Assembly (NCBI GenBank): GCA_964452875.1
Contig: CAYVNG010000003.1
Location: 1 to 49,635, forward strand
Length of the DNA: 49,635 nt
Source of the DNA: an uncultured Candidatus Saccharibacteria bacterium
GTDB taxonomy: Bacteria; Patescibacteriota; Minisyncoccia; Minisyncoccales; CAYVNG01
Reading direction: 5' to 3'
A program made the translations under genes and the position numbers. The notes beneath the pieces were generated by a model, which saw nothing but the letters and a program-made list of their open reading frames with translations, was not told the DNA's origin and ran no database searches. Numbering within the stretch: the first letter of the stretch is position 1; every line of letters begins with the position of its first letter. Positions 26,953 to 35,765 of the stretch are shown here, piece after piece.

Positions 26953-29388
26953 TCATTTCCCGCAGCATTTTTTGTATTTTTTCCCTGAACCGCACGGGCA
27001 AGGGTCGTTCCTTCCCGTTTTGTTTTTCGCCGCAGAGGCGGAAACGAAATGCTTTTTCTCTTCAAGAGAGCTTCTTTCCGCAACCTGCATCTTCAAAATC
27101 GTGTTGGAAAGGACGGTCTCGAAATCAGACAAAAGCTGGCTGAAAAGCCTGTGACCTTCGTTCTTATACTCCACCAAAGGGTCCCTCTGGCCGTAAGCCC
27201 TCAGCCTGACAGAATCCCTCAGGGATTCCATATTCTCCAAATGCTCCAGCCAAAGGGAGTCCAGTATCCTCAGGCAGAGGAATTTTTCCGCTTTTCGCAT
27301 CCTTTCTTCCCCTATCTCCTTTTCCTTTTCCTCATAGCTTTCCTTGGCAAACCCTTTTTTCTGAAGTATTTCGATGATCTTCTCCCGCAGCAGGGATTTT
27401 TCGAAAGAAACCAGTATCTCCATCCTCCTTCCGTAAAAAACCTTCCTGTGCTTGTTCACCACGTCGTCATAGTCAAGGAGGTGTTTTCTGACGTCGAAAT
27501 GCATGCCCTCGATCTTGGTCTGAGCGGATTCTATGGCGTTGGAGACCAAGCGGGCTTCAATGGGCTCATCTTCCGGCAGATGGAACCTTTCCATCAGGTT
27601 TTTGATGCGGTCCCCTCCGAAAATCCTTAGAAGATCGTCCTCCAAAGAAACGAAAAACTGGCTCTTGCCCGGATCCCCCTGCCTGCCTGATCTTCCCCTG
27701 AGCTGGTTGTCGATCCTCCTGGCTTCGTGCCTTTCCGTCCCTATGACCATCAGCCCTCCCAAAGATTTCACCTCCTCGGCTTCTTTTTCGTCAGGAGGAT
27801 TCCCTCCCAGTATGATGTCGACTCCTCGGCCAGCCATGTTCGTGGCTATGGTCACCGCCCCTTTCTTCCCCGCCTGGGCGATTATCTCAGCTTCCTGTTC
27901 GTGGTTCTTGGCATTAAGCATCCGGTGAGATATTCCTTCCATCTCCAAAATCTTTCCCAAATATTCGTTCTTTTCTATGGAAACCGTTCCGACCAGGACC
28001 GGCTGGCCGGTTTGGTGGCGTTTTTTCACTTCTCTGGCCACGGCTTTGAACTTTCCTGAAAAATTTTTGTAAACCTGGTCGGAAATGTCTTCCCTGATCA
28101 TGGGCTTGTTGGTCGGGACCGAAACCACTTCCAAGGAGTAAACCTTGTCGAATTCCTCGGCCGAAGTCATGGCCGTCCCGGTCATACCCGCAAGTTTGGG
28201 ATACATTCTGAACAGGTTCTGGAAGGTGATGGAAGCTAGGGTGAGGGATTCCGGCCTCACTTCTATGCCTTCTTTGGCCTCGAGAGCCTGGTGCAGGCCG
28301 CCGGAAAACCTCCTTCCCGGCAGCAGCCTTCCGGTAAATTCATCCACGATCAAAAGCTCCCCGTTTTTGACAACGTAATCCCTGTCTTTTTTGAAAAGGA
28401 CCTGAGCCCTCAATCCCTGCTCCAAGTGATGGAGGTACCTTATCCCCTTTTCCTGGTAGATGTCCTTGCTCCCCAGGATCTTTTCAACTTTGTTTATCCC
28501 TTCTTCGGTCAGAGTGACAGCCTTCATCTTCTCGTCCAGCTCGTAATCGGTCTTTTCGTCGAGCTTGGGGATGATCCTTGAAAACTCCGCATACATTCTG
28601 GAAGACTCTGAATCCGGAGCGGAAATTATCAAAGGGGTCCTCGCCTCGTCTATCAAGATGGAATCCACTTCATCGATGATGGCGAAGTTCGGATCCCGCT
28701 GGACCTTGTCTTTCAAGTCGTAGACCATGTTGTCTTTCAGGTAATCGAACCCGAACTCGTTATTGGTCCCGTAAGTGATGTCGGCGGAATAGGCTTCTTT
28801 CCTCGAACAAGGCCGCAAAAAGGATTCAATTACTTTGAAACCACCGATTTTGTCTCTCAAATCATCGTTTTCCTTTTGGGAATAAAAGAAACCCGGATCA
28901 TACATGAAAGCATTCTCATGGACAATACAAGCAACCGACATCCCTAAGAAATCGTATATCTGCCCCATCCAAATGGTATCCCTTTTGGCCAAATAATCGT
29001 TAACGGTCACCACATGGACTCCCTTGCCGCTCAAAGCATTGAGGAAAGTAGCAAGGGTGGCAACTAAGGTCTTGCCTTCTCCTGTTTTCATTTCAGCCAC
29101 TTTTCCCTCGTGCAGAGCTATCCCGCCTATAAGTTGGACATCATAATGCCTTTGTTTAAGGGTTCTTTTTCCTCCTTCCCTAACCAGTGCGAAGGCCTCT
29201 GAAAGGATGTCCTCCATAGTTTCTCCGGATTTCAAGCGTTTTTTGAATTCGTAAGTTTTTTCCTTCAGCTTTTCAGAAGGAATCTTCTCAAATTCCGGTT
29301 CCAAAGCATTAATATTATCGACCAAAGGCCGAATGCTTTTTATATATTTGGCATTCGCATCGCCGAAAATTTTATCTAATATCGACAT
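26953..29388 (-). CDS. secA: preprotein translocase ATPase SecA
   Basis: It has the DEAD motor and the C-terminal zinc motif CPCGSGKKYKKCCG. ATG 29388 (MSILDKIFGDANAKY) is preferred because the ORF-track TTG at 29409 starts only 4 nt after the -10 box (29414-29419). Confidence 0.93.
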   Translation of the reverse strand: MSILDKIFGDANAKYIKSIRPLVDNINALEPEFEKIPSEKLKEKTYEFKKRLKSGETMEDILSEAFALVREGGKRTLKQRHYDVQLIGGIALHEGKVAEMKTGEGKTLVATLATFLNALSGKGVHVVTVNDYLAKRDTIWMGQIYDFLGMSVACIVHENAFMYDPGFFYSQKENDDLRDKIGGFKVIESFLRPCSRKEAYSADITYGTNNEFGFDYLKDNMVYDLKDKVQRDPNFAIIDEVDSILIDEARTPLIISAPDSESSRMYAEFSRIIPKLDEKTDYELDEKMKAVTLTEEGINKVEKILGSKDIYQEKGIRYLHHLEQGLRAQVLFKKDRDYVVKNGELLIVDEFTGRLLPGRRFSGGLHQALEAKEGIEVRPESLTLASITFQNLFRMYPKLAGMTGTAMTSAEEFDKVYSLEVVSVPTNKPMIREDISDQVYKNFSGKFKAVAREVKKRHQTGQPVLVGTVSIEKNEYLGKILEMEGISHRMLNAKNHEQEAEIIAQAGKKGAVTIATNMAGRGVDIILGGNPPDEKEAEEVKSLGGLMVIGTERHEARRIDNQLRGRSGRQGDPGKSQFFVSLEDDLLRIFGGDRIKNLMERFHLPEDEPIEARLVSNAIESAQTKIEGMHFDVRKHLLDYDDVVNKHRKVFYGRRMEILVSFEKSLLREKIIEILQKKGFAKESYEEKEKEIGEERMRKAEKFLCLRILDSLWLEHLENMESLRDSVRLRAYGQRDPLVEYKNEGHRLFSQLLSDFETVLSNTILKMQVAERSSLEEKKHFVSASAAKNKTGRNDPCPCGSGKKYKKCCGK

Positions 29389-29428
29389 CTTAAATGAATT
29401 TAATAACAAAGTAATTATATCATATTTT

Positions 29429-29457
29429 TTGACTAAAAAACCAATATGTTCTAAATT
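29429..29457 (+). promoter_or_regulatory. promoter TTGACT-17-TAAATT for epmA-efp (leaderless geometry)
   Basis: The -10 ends 6 nt before ATG 29464, so the predicted TSS falls on or next to the start codon. Confidence 0.45.
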
Positions 29458-29463
29458 AACAGT

Positions 29464-30498
29464 ATGGAAAAAAATTGGGAAAAAATGAGGTCAGACAAAA
29501 TCCTCAAAGAAAATTTCATTTCATGCGGCAAAATCATTGATTTAATTCGCGTTTTTTTCAAAGAACAGGGATTTTTTGAAGCACAAACGCCAATTCTGGT
29601 AAGATGCGCCGGACAGGAACCATATCTTTCACCGTTTAAAGTGAACTTTACTAATGAAAAGAACGAAGAATTTCAAGGATTTTTGATAACTTCTCCAGAA
29701 TATTCCCTAAAAAAATTATTAGCGGCCGGTTTCGATAAAATTTTCGAACTGGTTAAAGTTTTCAGATCCAATGAAAGCTTCGGAGGCATACACAACCCCG
29801 AATTCACTATGCTTGAGTGGTACAGGGCAAATTCCGATTATAACCAGATGATGGAGGATATAGAACAACTAATCGTCTTTTTAGCCGAAAAGATAAAGAA
29901 TTCAAGGACCATTTCTTATCAAGGGGGAAAAATAGACCTCACTCCCCCCTGGCCCAGATTGACCGTCAGAAATTTATTCTTAGAATATGCCCGTATCGAT
30001 CTTGATAAGGCTCAAACCGTGGAAGATTTCAAAAAGCAAGCGAAGAATGAAAAATATTCCAAGTTTGACGATTGGAACGATATTTTCTATCTGGTTTTCT
30101 TAAATGAAATAGAACCAAATCTTCCGAAAGACAAGCCTGTTTTCGTCTGCGATTATCCCCTTCCTCAGGCTTCTTTATCGAAAAGGAAAAACGACTTTTA
30201 TGCGGAACGATTTGAAATGTTCATATCTGGAATGGAATTGGCAAACGCATTTTCCGAACTAGTTGATCCCAAAGAGCAATATGTCCGTTTCGAAGAAGAG
30301 CGCGTTCTTAGAAAAAAACTCGGCAAAGATGAAATACCGATTGACAAAGATTTCATTCATGCCTTAGAATTAGGAATTGCGCCGTCGGGCGGCATCGCTC
30401 TAGGAGTAGAGCGTCTTCAAATGCTTTTACTGGACGCAAAGGACATGAACGATATACTGCCCTTTCCGGCGAGTCAATTGTTTTCAGAAAATAAATGA
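29464..30498 (+). CDS. epmA: EF-P lysine-34 lysyltransferase (EpmA/PoxA/GenX-like; LysRS catalytic-core paralog)
   Basis: 344 aa. Class II motifs are present (GFFEAQTPILV; FRSNE...HNPEFTMLEWY; GIALGVERL) and there is no anticodon-binding domain. The gene sits immediately upstream of efp. Confidence 0.78.
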   Translation: MEKNWEKMRSDKILKENFISCGKIIDLIRVFFKEQGFFEAQTPILVRCAGQEPYLSPFKVNFTNEKNEEFQGFLITSPEYSLKKLLAAGFDKIFELVKVFRSNESFGGIHNPEFTMLEWYRANSDYNQMMEDIEQLIVFLAEKIKNSRTISYQGGKIDLTPPWPRLTVRNLFLEYARIDLDKAQTVEDFKKQAKNEKYSKFDDWNDIFYLVFLNEIEPNLPKDKPVFVCDYPLPQASLSKRKNDFYAERFEMFISGMELANAFSELVDPKEQYVRFEEERVLRKKLGKDEIPIDKDFIHALELGIAPSGGIALGVERLQMLLLDAKDMNDILPFPASQLFSENK

Positions 30499-30511
30499 CC
30501 GGAATAATATT

Positions 30512-31075
30512 ATGATTTCAACATCTGATTTTGAAAAAGGGATAATATTGAATATCGACGGCCAACCGTGGTTAATCACCGATTTTTCATATATGAATCC
30601 AGGAAAAGGCGGAGCTGTATACAGGACTAAGCTCAAGAATATCAAATCTGGAAAATTCATAAAAATGACTTTCAAATCGGGAGAGGAATTCGAAACGATG
30701 GAAAAGGAATATAAAAAGGCTATTTATCTGTACAGCGACAGGAGAAATTCGGTTTTTATAACTAATGATACAAAAGAAAGAATTTCTTTTCCTCTTGAAA
30801 ACACGCAAAATAAAATAAAATTCATCACCGGCAACTCCGAAGTGAATTTACTTTATATCGACGGGGAATTACTTTCAGTAGAAATTCCCATAAAAGTCGA
30901 TCTTAAGGTGGTTGAAGTCGAACAATCTATAAAAGGAAGCACAGTGGCCAACTTCATGAAAAAAGCTAAACTGGAAACCGGATTAGAAATTAGCGTACCG
31001 ATGTTTATAGAACAAGGAGATATAGTGCGGTTAAACACCGATTCGGGTGAATATACTGAAAGAGTGAGCAAATGA
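30512..31075 (+). CDS. efp: elongation factor P
   Basis: 187 aa, with the conserved loop YMNPGKGGAVYRTKLKN (Lys at the modified position). Confidence 0.93.
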   Translation: MISTSDFEKGIILNIDGQPWLITDFSYMNPGKGGAVYRTKLKNIKSGKFIKMTFKSGEEFETMEKEYKKAIYLYSDRRNSVFITNDTKERISFPLENTQNKIKFITGNSEVNLLYIDGELLSVEIPIKVDLKVVEVEQSIKGSTVANFMKKAKLETGLEISVPMFIEQGDIVRLNTDSGEYTERVSK

Positions 31076-31100
31076 AAATCCCGGCCTTGGCCGGGATTTT
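31075..31100. terminator. bidirectional terminator between the convergent efp and polyamine operon
   Basis: Sequence aaaatcccggcc-tt-ggccgggatttt. Confidence 0.7.
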
Positions 31101-32179
31101 CATTTACCCCTTTTGAATTCTACTCCTTCATTTTTTAATATGCCGATAATTTTCCTAAAAAGATGCTTTTCTTTCCCAATTTCTTCCATGAGGATAATCC
31201 CTTTCTTTATTTTTATCTCTTCCTTGAGTAAAAAATCCAGAACTGTTGCTGGCATCAAAGAGGTAATTTTTTGCATCGAATTTAATTTATCATTTTTTTT
31301 GGAAAAAATGGAAGCCTGCCAAAAAAAATTCTTTTGGCTTTTCCCGCCAATTTTAACGTAAATCGCGGTTGTGTTGTCGCTTTTTTCCAATGTCAATAAT
31401 TTTTCCGCCTGAGTTATATTCTCTTTTTTGAAAAAAGAATGATTTTTAAGGAATTGAAAAAAGTTGAAGAAGCCCACCGGCCTTATCACCCGGAAGCTAA
31501 GATTTTTGAGGCCGAGACTGTAAGGCAATGTGCTCCATTCGTCGACAAAATAGCTTTCGAAATTTCCCAAACCATCCAGTCTCTGTATTCTATAGCCGGA
31601 GAAAGGAGCCAACCTCATTTTTTCCCCTCGGCTGATCACCGTTGCATGATAAAGATGCTCTTCAATCAAATCGCTGAAAGACCAAGTAAAAGGGAAAAAA
31701 TGATTTTTCTTGACGGAAAGGGTGCCAGCCCCTATTTCAACCTCATCGTCTTTTTTGAAATTCCTCATGCCGAAACCTGCAATGAGATTAGTCAACCCCG
31801 GGGAAACGCCGCAGCCGGGAACCACTTTTATCCCTTTTTCTTCAATCTTTTTTTTATGCTTTAGATAAAAAGAAATCGGAACCACCGAAACGTCTATCAA
31901 ATCTTTTCCGTATTCCAAAGCCAATTCCAAGCCCCGTTTGCCGGATTGTTCCGGCAAGGCTCCGATTAAAAAATCGTATTTTTCTATCACTTGGACCCGT
32001 TCTGAATCAAAGACATCTCCTTTTAAAATTTTCACCCTGCTGGATCCCTTTAAACTATTTGCATCAAGGGAGAACAAGGCAATTTCAGAGATTGCCTTGT
32101 TCTTTTTGAGGTAATGGACTAATGCTCGGCCAATTTTCCCTCCTCCCAAGATTAAGACCTTTTTCCTTATAATCTCCAT
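31100..32179 (-). CDS. saccharopine dehydrogenase-family NAD(P) oxidoreductase (carboxyspermidine-DH/homospermidine-synthase-like context)
   Basis: 359 aa, with the Rossmann motif VLILGGGKIGRAL and the motif GCGVSPGLTNLIAG. It overlaps the end of speE. Confidence 0.6.
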   Translation of the reverse strand: MEIIRKKVLILGGGKIGRALVHYLKKNKAISEIALFSLDANSLKGSSRVKILKGDVFDSERVQVIEKYDFLIGALPEQSGKRGLELALEYGKDLIDVSVVPISFYLKHKKKIEEKGIKVVPGCGVSPGLTNLIAGFGMRNFKKDDEVEIGAGTLSVKKNHFFPFTWSFSDLIEEHLYHATVISRGEKMRLAPFSGYRIQRLDGLGNFESYFVDEWSTLPYSLGLKNLSFRVIRPVGFFNFFQFLKNHSFFKKENITQAEKLLTLEKSDNTTAIYVKIGGKSQKNFFWQASIFSKKNDKLNSMQKITSLMPATVLDFLLKEEIKIKKGIILMEEIGKEKHLFRKIIGILKNEGVEFKRGK

Positions 32180-33042
32180 ATCTCCGGCAGAACTAAGCTG
32201 GCTTTGTGGATTTCGGGAGAATAATATTTGAAACCAAATTTTTTCTGGATTTTTTTGAATCTTTCGCTTATTTTTGAAAAATTTGCTTTCTTCAGATCTA
32301 TTTTTTTCGAACCTCCGACAAAGAAATACTCACCGCAATGGTAAGATGGCATGCAGAATCTGAAAAGAGCGACAAACGGGAAAAACTCTCTTATCTTTTT
32401 AATGATAGGTTTGGCGAGATTATCAAAATCTAAGAAAGAAAATCCGAGAGTGATCATAATCCCGTTTGATTTGATAATTTTTAAAAGCTGTCTGTAAAAT
32501 CCATCCGAATACAAAGAATTTGAAAAGCCGTCAGAATTGAAATTGGTGCAATCTACAATGGCGACGTCGTAGATGTTTTTTTTACCTTTTATGAAGTTCT
32601 GGCCAGAGCAATTAAAAACGTTTACTCTTTTGTCTGAAAACGCGTTTCGGCAGACAAATTTAAGATATTTTTTTGATATTTTTATCACTTCTTTATCCAT
32701 TTCGACCAAATCGACTTTATCCACCGGATGCTTCAAAACTTCCCTCAAGACTCCCCCATCACCTCCTCCAATAATTAAGATTTTCTTTGGATTGGGATGG
32801 GAGAACAAAACGGGATGGGAAATCATCTCATGGTAGATAAATTCGTCTTTTTCGGAAAGTTCCACAATGCCTTCTAGACAAAAAACCCTTCCGTAAATCG
32901 GATTGTCAAAAATCAAAACATCCTGATAGGCTGTCTTGCCGCGAAAAACCAGCTTATCCATCAGAAAACAATGTTTTATTTTCTCAAACCTTTTCCCGGG
33001 AACCTTGTTTTCTGCGAACCATCTTTCTTTAGAGGTAAGCAT
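32167..33042 (-). CDS. speE: polyamine aminopropyltransferase (spermidine synthase family)
   Basis: 291 aa, with motifs YQDVLIFDNPIYGRVFCLEG and ILIIGGGDGGVLREVLKH. Confidence 0.85.
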   Translation of the reverse strand: MLTSKERWFAENKVPGKRFEKIKHCFLMDKLVFRGKTAYQDVLIFDNPIYGRVFCLEGIVELSEKDEFIYHEMISHPVLFSHPNPKKILIIGGGDGGVLREVLKHPVDKVDLVEMDKEVIKISKKYLKFVCRNAFSDKRVNVFNCSGQNFIKGKKNIYDVAIVDCTNFNSDGFSNSLYSDGFYRQLLKIIKSNGIMITLGFSFLDFDNLAKPIIKKIREFFPFVALFRFCMPSYHCGEYFFVGGSKKIDLKKANFSKISERFKKIQKKFGFKYYSPEIHKASLVLPEIWRL

Positions 33043-34183
33043 AAAAAGGTTTTTTGAATTTCACCTCTTTTATTTTCGAAGGCAAATAACTGAAGATGTA
33101 CAGGGAAGCGGCAAGTTTGGGAGATTTTTTGATGACTTCTTCATCGATCATCGACGCCAGTCTTCGAAAAATCTCTTCATCTTCCTTGTAAAGCTTGATA
33201 TAGGGATAAAATATTTTTCCCCTGATCAATTCTTTCGCAATCAAACCGTTTTTTGCGAAAAACTCATGCAGGGACAGAAATCTGTTCCCGATAGATTCCT
33301 CGCCGACCTCCAAAAAAGCCAAACCACCGTCTTTACCGAGCTGATTTAAGCCGAATTTTACGAATCCTTTTACCCCGTCGGCGGTATAAACGGGATTAGC
33401 CAAAAACCCGATGAATTTTCCAACACGGACATCTTTCCTGATGTCGACTTTTTTAGTTTCAATTTTCAAATTAAATTTTTTGGCCAGAAAATCAATCGTC
33501 GCCAAAAGCTGATCGTCGGCATCGATTACGACGCTTTCAAATCCAGGACAGATCAGTCCCATCACTATCGAAATGAAATCATCGTCCCCTACGAACAAAA
33601 ATTTTTTCTTCAGGGGAATCCTTTCTAAAATTTTATGAACCAGAAAAATCGCCGAACCCTGAGAAATGGGCATTTGATCCCATTGGCCTTTTACTTCAAA
33701 ACTCTTGAACTTTTCGAACAGCTTAACCATTGATTCCGAAGAACGGATTTTCACTTTAAGTTTTTCCTCCAGCAGATTTTTGATTTCTTCTTCTGTCAGC
33801 GGTTTTGGTATTATTTCCAATATTTCTTTATTCATATGGGTCACTTTGCCAGTTCTTCCTACTTTTATTAATTTGTTTTTTTCAAGGAAATAAAGGTAAG
33901 GCCAGAGTTTCCAATCTTCAGAGGAGTCCTTGAATATGAAATCGAAAACGTCTTTTGAATATAGAATATATTTCAGATTTTCGAGAAAATTAACGTAAGT
34001 AATCTTATAATACTGATCGTAAAATCTCCCTATTGTCGAATCGGACAACTTCAATTTTTTGAGGCTCGTGGAATTATTCTTGGCATCAAAAATAAAATTA
34101 TTCTTGTAGAAGGTGATGAATTTTTCGTAAATTTCTTCAAGTTTTTTTTCAGTCATGGCCTTATTTTTTATTATGGACGACAC
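33029..34183 (-). CDS. DUF43/BpsA-like aminopropyltransferase (branched-chain polyamine synthase family)
   Basis: 384 aa, with motifs FVGDDDFISIVMGL, VIDADDQLL and FLANPVYTADGVKGFV that resemble the DUF43 signature. Confidence 0.55.
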   Translation of the reverse strand: MSSIIKNKAMTEKKLEEIYEKFITFYKNNFIFDAKNNSTSLKKLKLSDSTIGRFYDQYYKITYVNFLENLKYILYSKDVFDFIFKDSSEDWKLWPYLYFLEKNKLIKVGRTGKVTHMNKEILEIIPKPLTEEEIKNLLEEKLKVKIRSSESMVKLFEKFKSFEVKGQWDQMPISQGSAIFLVHKILERIPLKKKFLFVGDDDFISIVMGLICPGFESVVIDADDQLLATIDFLAKKFNLKIETKKVDIRKDVRVGKFIGFLANPVYTADGVKGFVKFGLNQLGKDGGLAFLEVGEESIGNRFLSLHEFFAKNGLIAKELIRGKIFYPYIKLYKEDEEIFRRLASMIDEEVIKKSPKLAASLYIFSYLPSKIKEVKFKKPFYAYL

Positions 34184-34562
34184 CTCGAATTATTTCTTTC
34201 AATTCGATTTTTTTAGGATTATATTGTTCTTTTAAGTATTCCAAAGCTTTCAAAGGCTTAGCTTTGTCTCCGCAGGTAAAAATATCTATAGCCAAATAAT
34301 TGTATTCCGGCCAAGAATGAATGGAAATATGTGATTCCGCCAACAAAACGACCCCAGTGATTCCCCGAGGATTAAATTTGAAAGTCGAAACTTTTAACGG
34401 ATAACTTCCCGAATTATTTGCGGCGCCAATCAAAATTTTCTTTGTTTCAGCCGTGCTTTCTATTTCTTTTGCACCCCAAAATTCGGCAATCAGATGTATC
34501 CCTGCGTATTTTTTTTTTCTAAGACGGACCCATCGAATGGATCTCTTTGTTTTTAAAATCAT
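34161..34562 (-). CDS. speD: S-adenosylmethionine decarboxylase proenzyme, class 1 (pyruvoyl)
   Basis: 133 aa, with the self-cleavage motif LLAESHISIHSWPE. Confidence 0.85.
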   Translation of the reverse strand: MILKTKRSIRWVRLRKKKYAGIHLIAEFWGAKEIESTAETKKILIGAANNSGSYPLKVSTFKFNPRGITGVVLLAESHISIHSWPEYNYLAIDIFTCGDKAKPLKALEYLKEQYNPKKIELKEIIRGVVHNKK

Positions 34563-34749
34563 CGTTTTAAATCAATCGCTTACCCATAAATCGCTTAAGA
34601 TACGCAAATTCGTTTTGCGAGCCAAGCGCAAGGGCTTCCAATAATTAGGTTCATCACCTAAAAACAAAGAGTAAAAACAAAAAGCGATTGACTATTTATT
34701 TTAAAAGCGCTTATATGGGCTATTATATCACTTTCTAAAATAAATGCAA
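34563..34749 (-). promoter_or_regulatory. speD promoter (TTGCAT-16-TGaTATAAT) plus a ~155-nt leader with alternative pairings
   Basis: -35 at 34744-34749 and -10 at 34722-34727. The leader carries CAATCGCTT (34573-34581), AATCGCTTA x2 and the inverted AAGCGATTG (34682-34690). It also carries a CGCAA/TTGCG/CGCAA triplet (34603-34631). Confidence 0.35.
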
Positions 34750-34765
34750 ATTACCGGTTTTGTTT

Positions 34766-35674
34766 TCATTTATTTTTTACCAAGCTAAAATTATACGCCT
34801 TGTAGATATGTTCCGGATGGAATCTCTTTTTGAAGATGAGAAGCTTTTTATCACTTCCTCCGAAATCCAGTTTTTCAAATCCCGCTTTTTTCGCTTCAAA
34901 AAACATCTCCAAAGACATATATTCCCCTAAGCCGTCGTAATCGTAATCCCTAATGCTGATGCTCGGGTAAAAAGTCCTGGAATTGGGTATTCCCCAGCCG
35001 GCGAACAAGGCCGCCGGTTTTCCATTTATCAAAAACGCCTTGGATAATTCGCATCCGGGAAATCCTGCCTTGATAAATCTCAAGTAAGGTTCGCATTCCA
35101 TTATTTCCTCCCCGTCCTTGTGCTTTTTCCATTTCCAGACAAGGTCTTCCAATCCTTTTTTGTCGGCTTTGACGGCTTCAATCTTTTCTATCTGGTAATG
35201 CTTTGTGAAATAGTTCTTTGACTTCCTCAGCTTCCTCCATTTTTTCCCTTCAAGCTTTTCGTCGAATTTGGCCAGATCATAGACCGGCCACCAGGAAACG
35301 AAGGAAGGGACCGAGGCCTTCCATCCCAAATCCGGCGCCATGCCGAGGATACTTTTTCTCGCTTCCTTCTTGCAATCAAGGAACATTATTTTCGTGATAT
35401 CTTTCCTTCCGGAGATATATTCCATCATCTCTCGCAGGCAGGAAAGCTCTTTGACTTTATCGATAATCGGAGGAAAAGGAATCTTCCAGATGTGATCTTT
35501 AAAAAAAGTCAAAGCTCCCCCTCTGTCTCCGAAATCCAAATACACGGGCTTGTACTCTTCCGGCTGTTCGTCAAAAAAGAGGTAATAGATATTGTGATCC
35601 GGGAAATCCCCGTAATTTTTTAAGTCCAATTCGGCTTTCCGCCGAATTTTATCCTGATCTTCGATAATTTGCAT
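34766..35674 (-). CDS. DUF2156 / MprF C-terminal-domain-like (aminoacyl-tRNA-dependent transferase fold) protein
   Basis: Start trimmed to MQIIEDQ (302 aa). The motifs GKKWRKLRKSKNYFTKHYQIEKIE and LDFGGSDKKLLIFKKRFHPE resemble the LPG_synthase_C family. The assignment is from memory only. Confidence 0.45.
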   Translation of the reverse strand: MQIIEDQDKIRRKAELDLKNYGDFPDHNIYYLFFDEQPEEYKPVYLDFGDRGGALTFFKDHIWKIPFPPIIDKVKELSCLREMMEYISGRKDITKIMFLDCKKEARKSILGMAPDLGWKASVPSFVSWWPVYDLAKFDEKLEGKKWRKLRKSKNYFTKHYQIEKIEAVKADKKGLEDLVWKWKKHKDGEEIMECEPYLRFIKAGFPGCELSKAFLINGKPAALFAGWGIPNSRTFYPSISIRDYDYDGLGEYMSLEMFFEAKKAGFEKLDFGGSDKKLLIFKKRFHPEHIYKAYNFSLVKNK

Positions 35675-35714
35675 ATGTTTCCCTTTCAGACAGAGTTTAC
35701 CAAAAAAAGCCTTT

Positions 35715-35750
35715 TTTCCCAAATACAAAGCCCCGCTTTCAAGCGGGGCG
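35715..35750 (-). terminator. terminator after the PurD-like gene
   Basis: Minus strand reads GCCCCGC-ttgaaa-GCGGGGC followed by TTTGTATTT. Confidence 0.55.
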
Positions 35751-35765
35751 ACATTGAGGTTTTTT

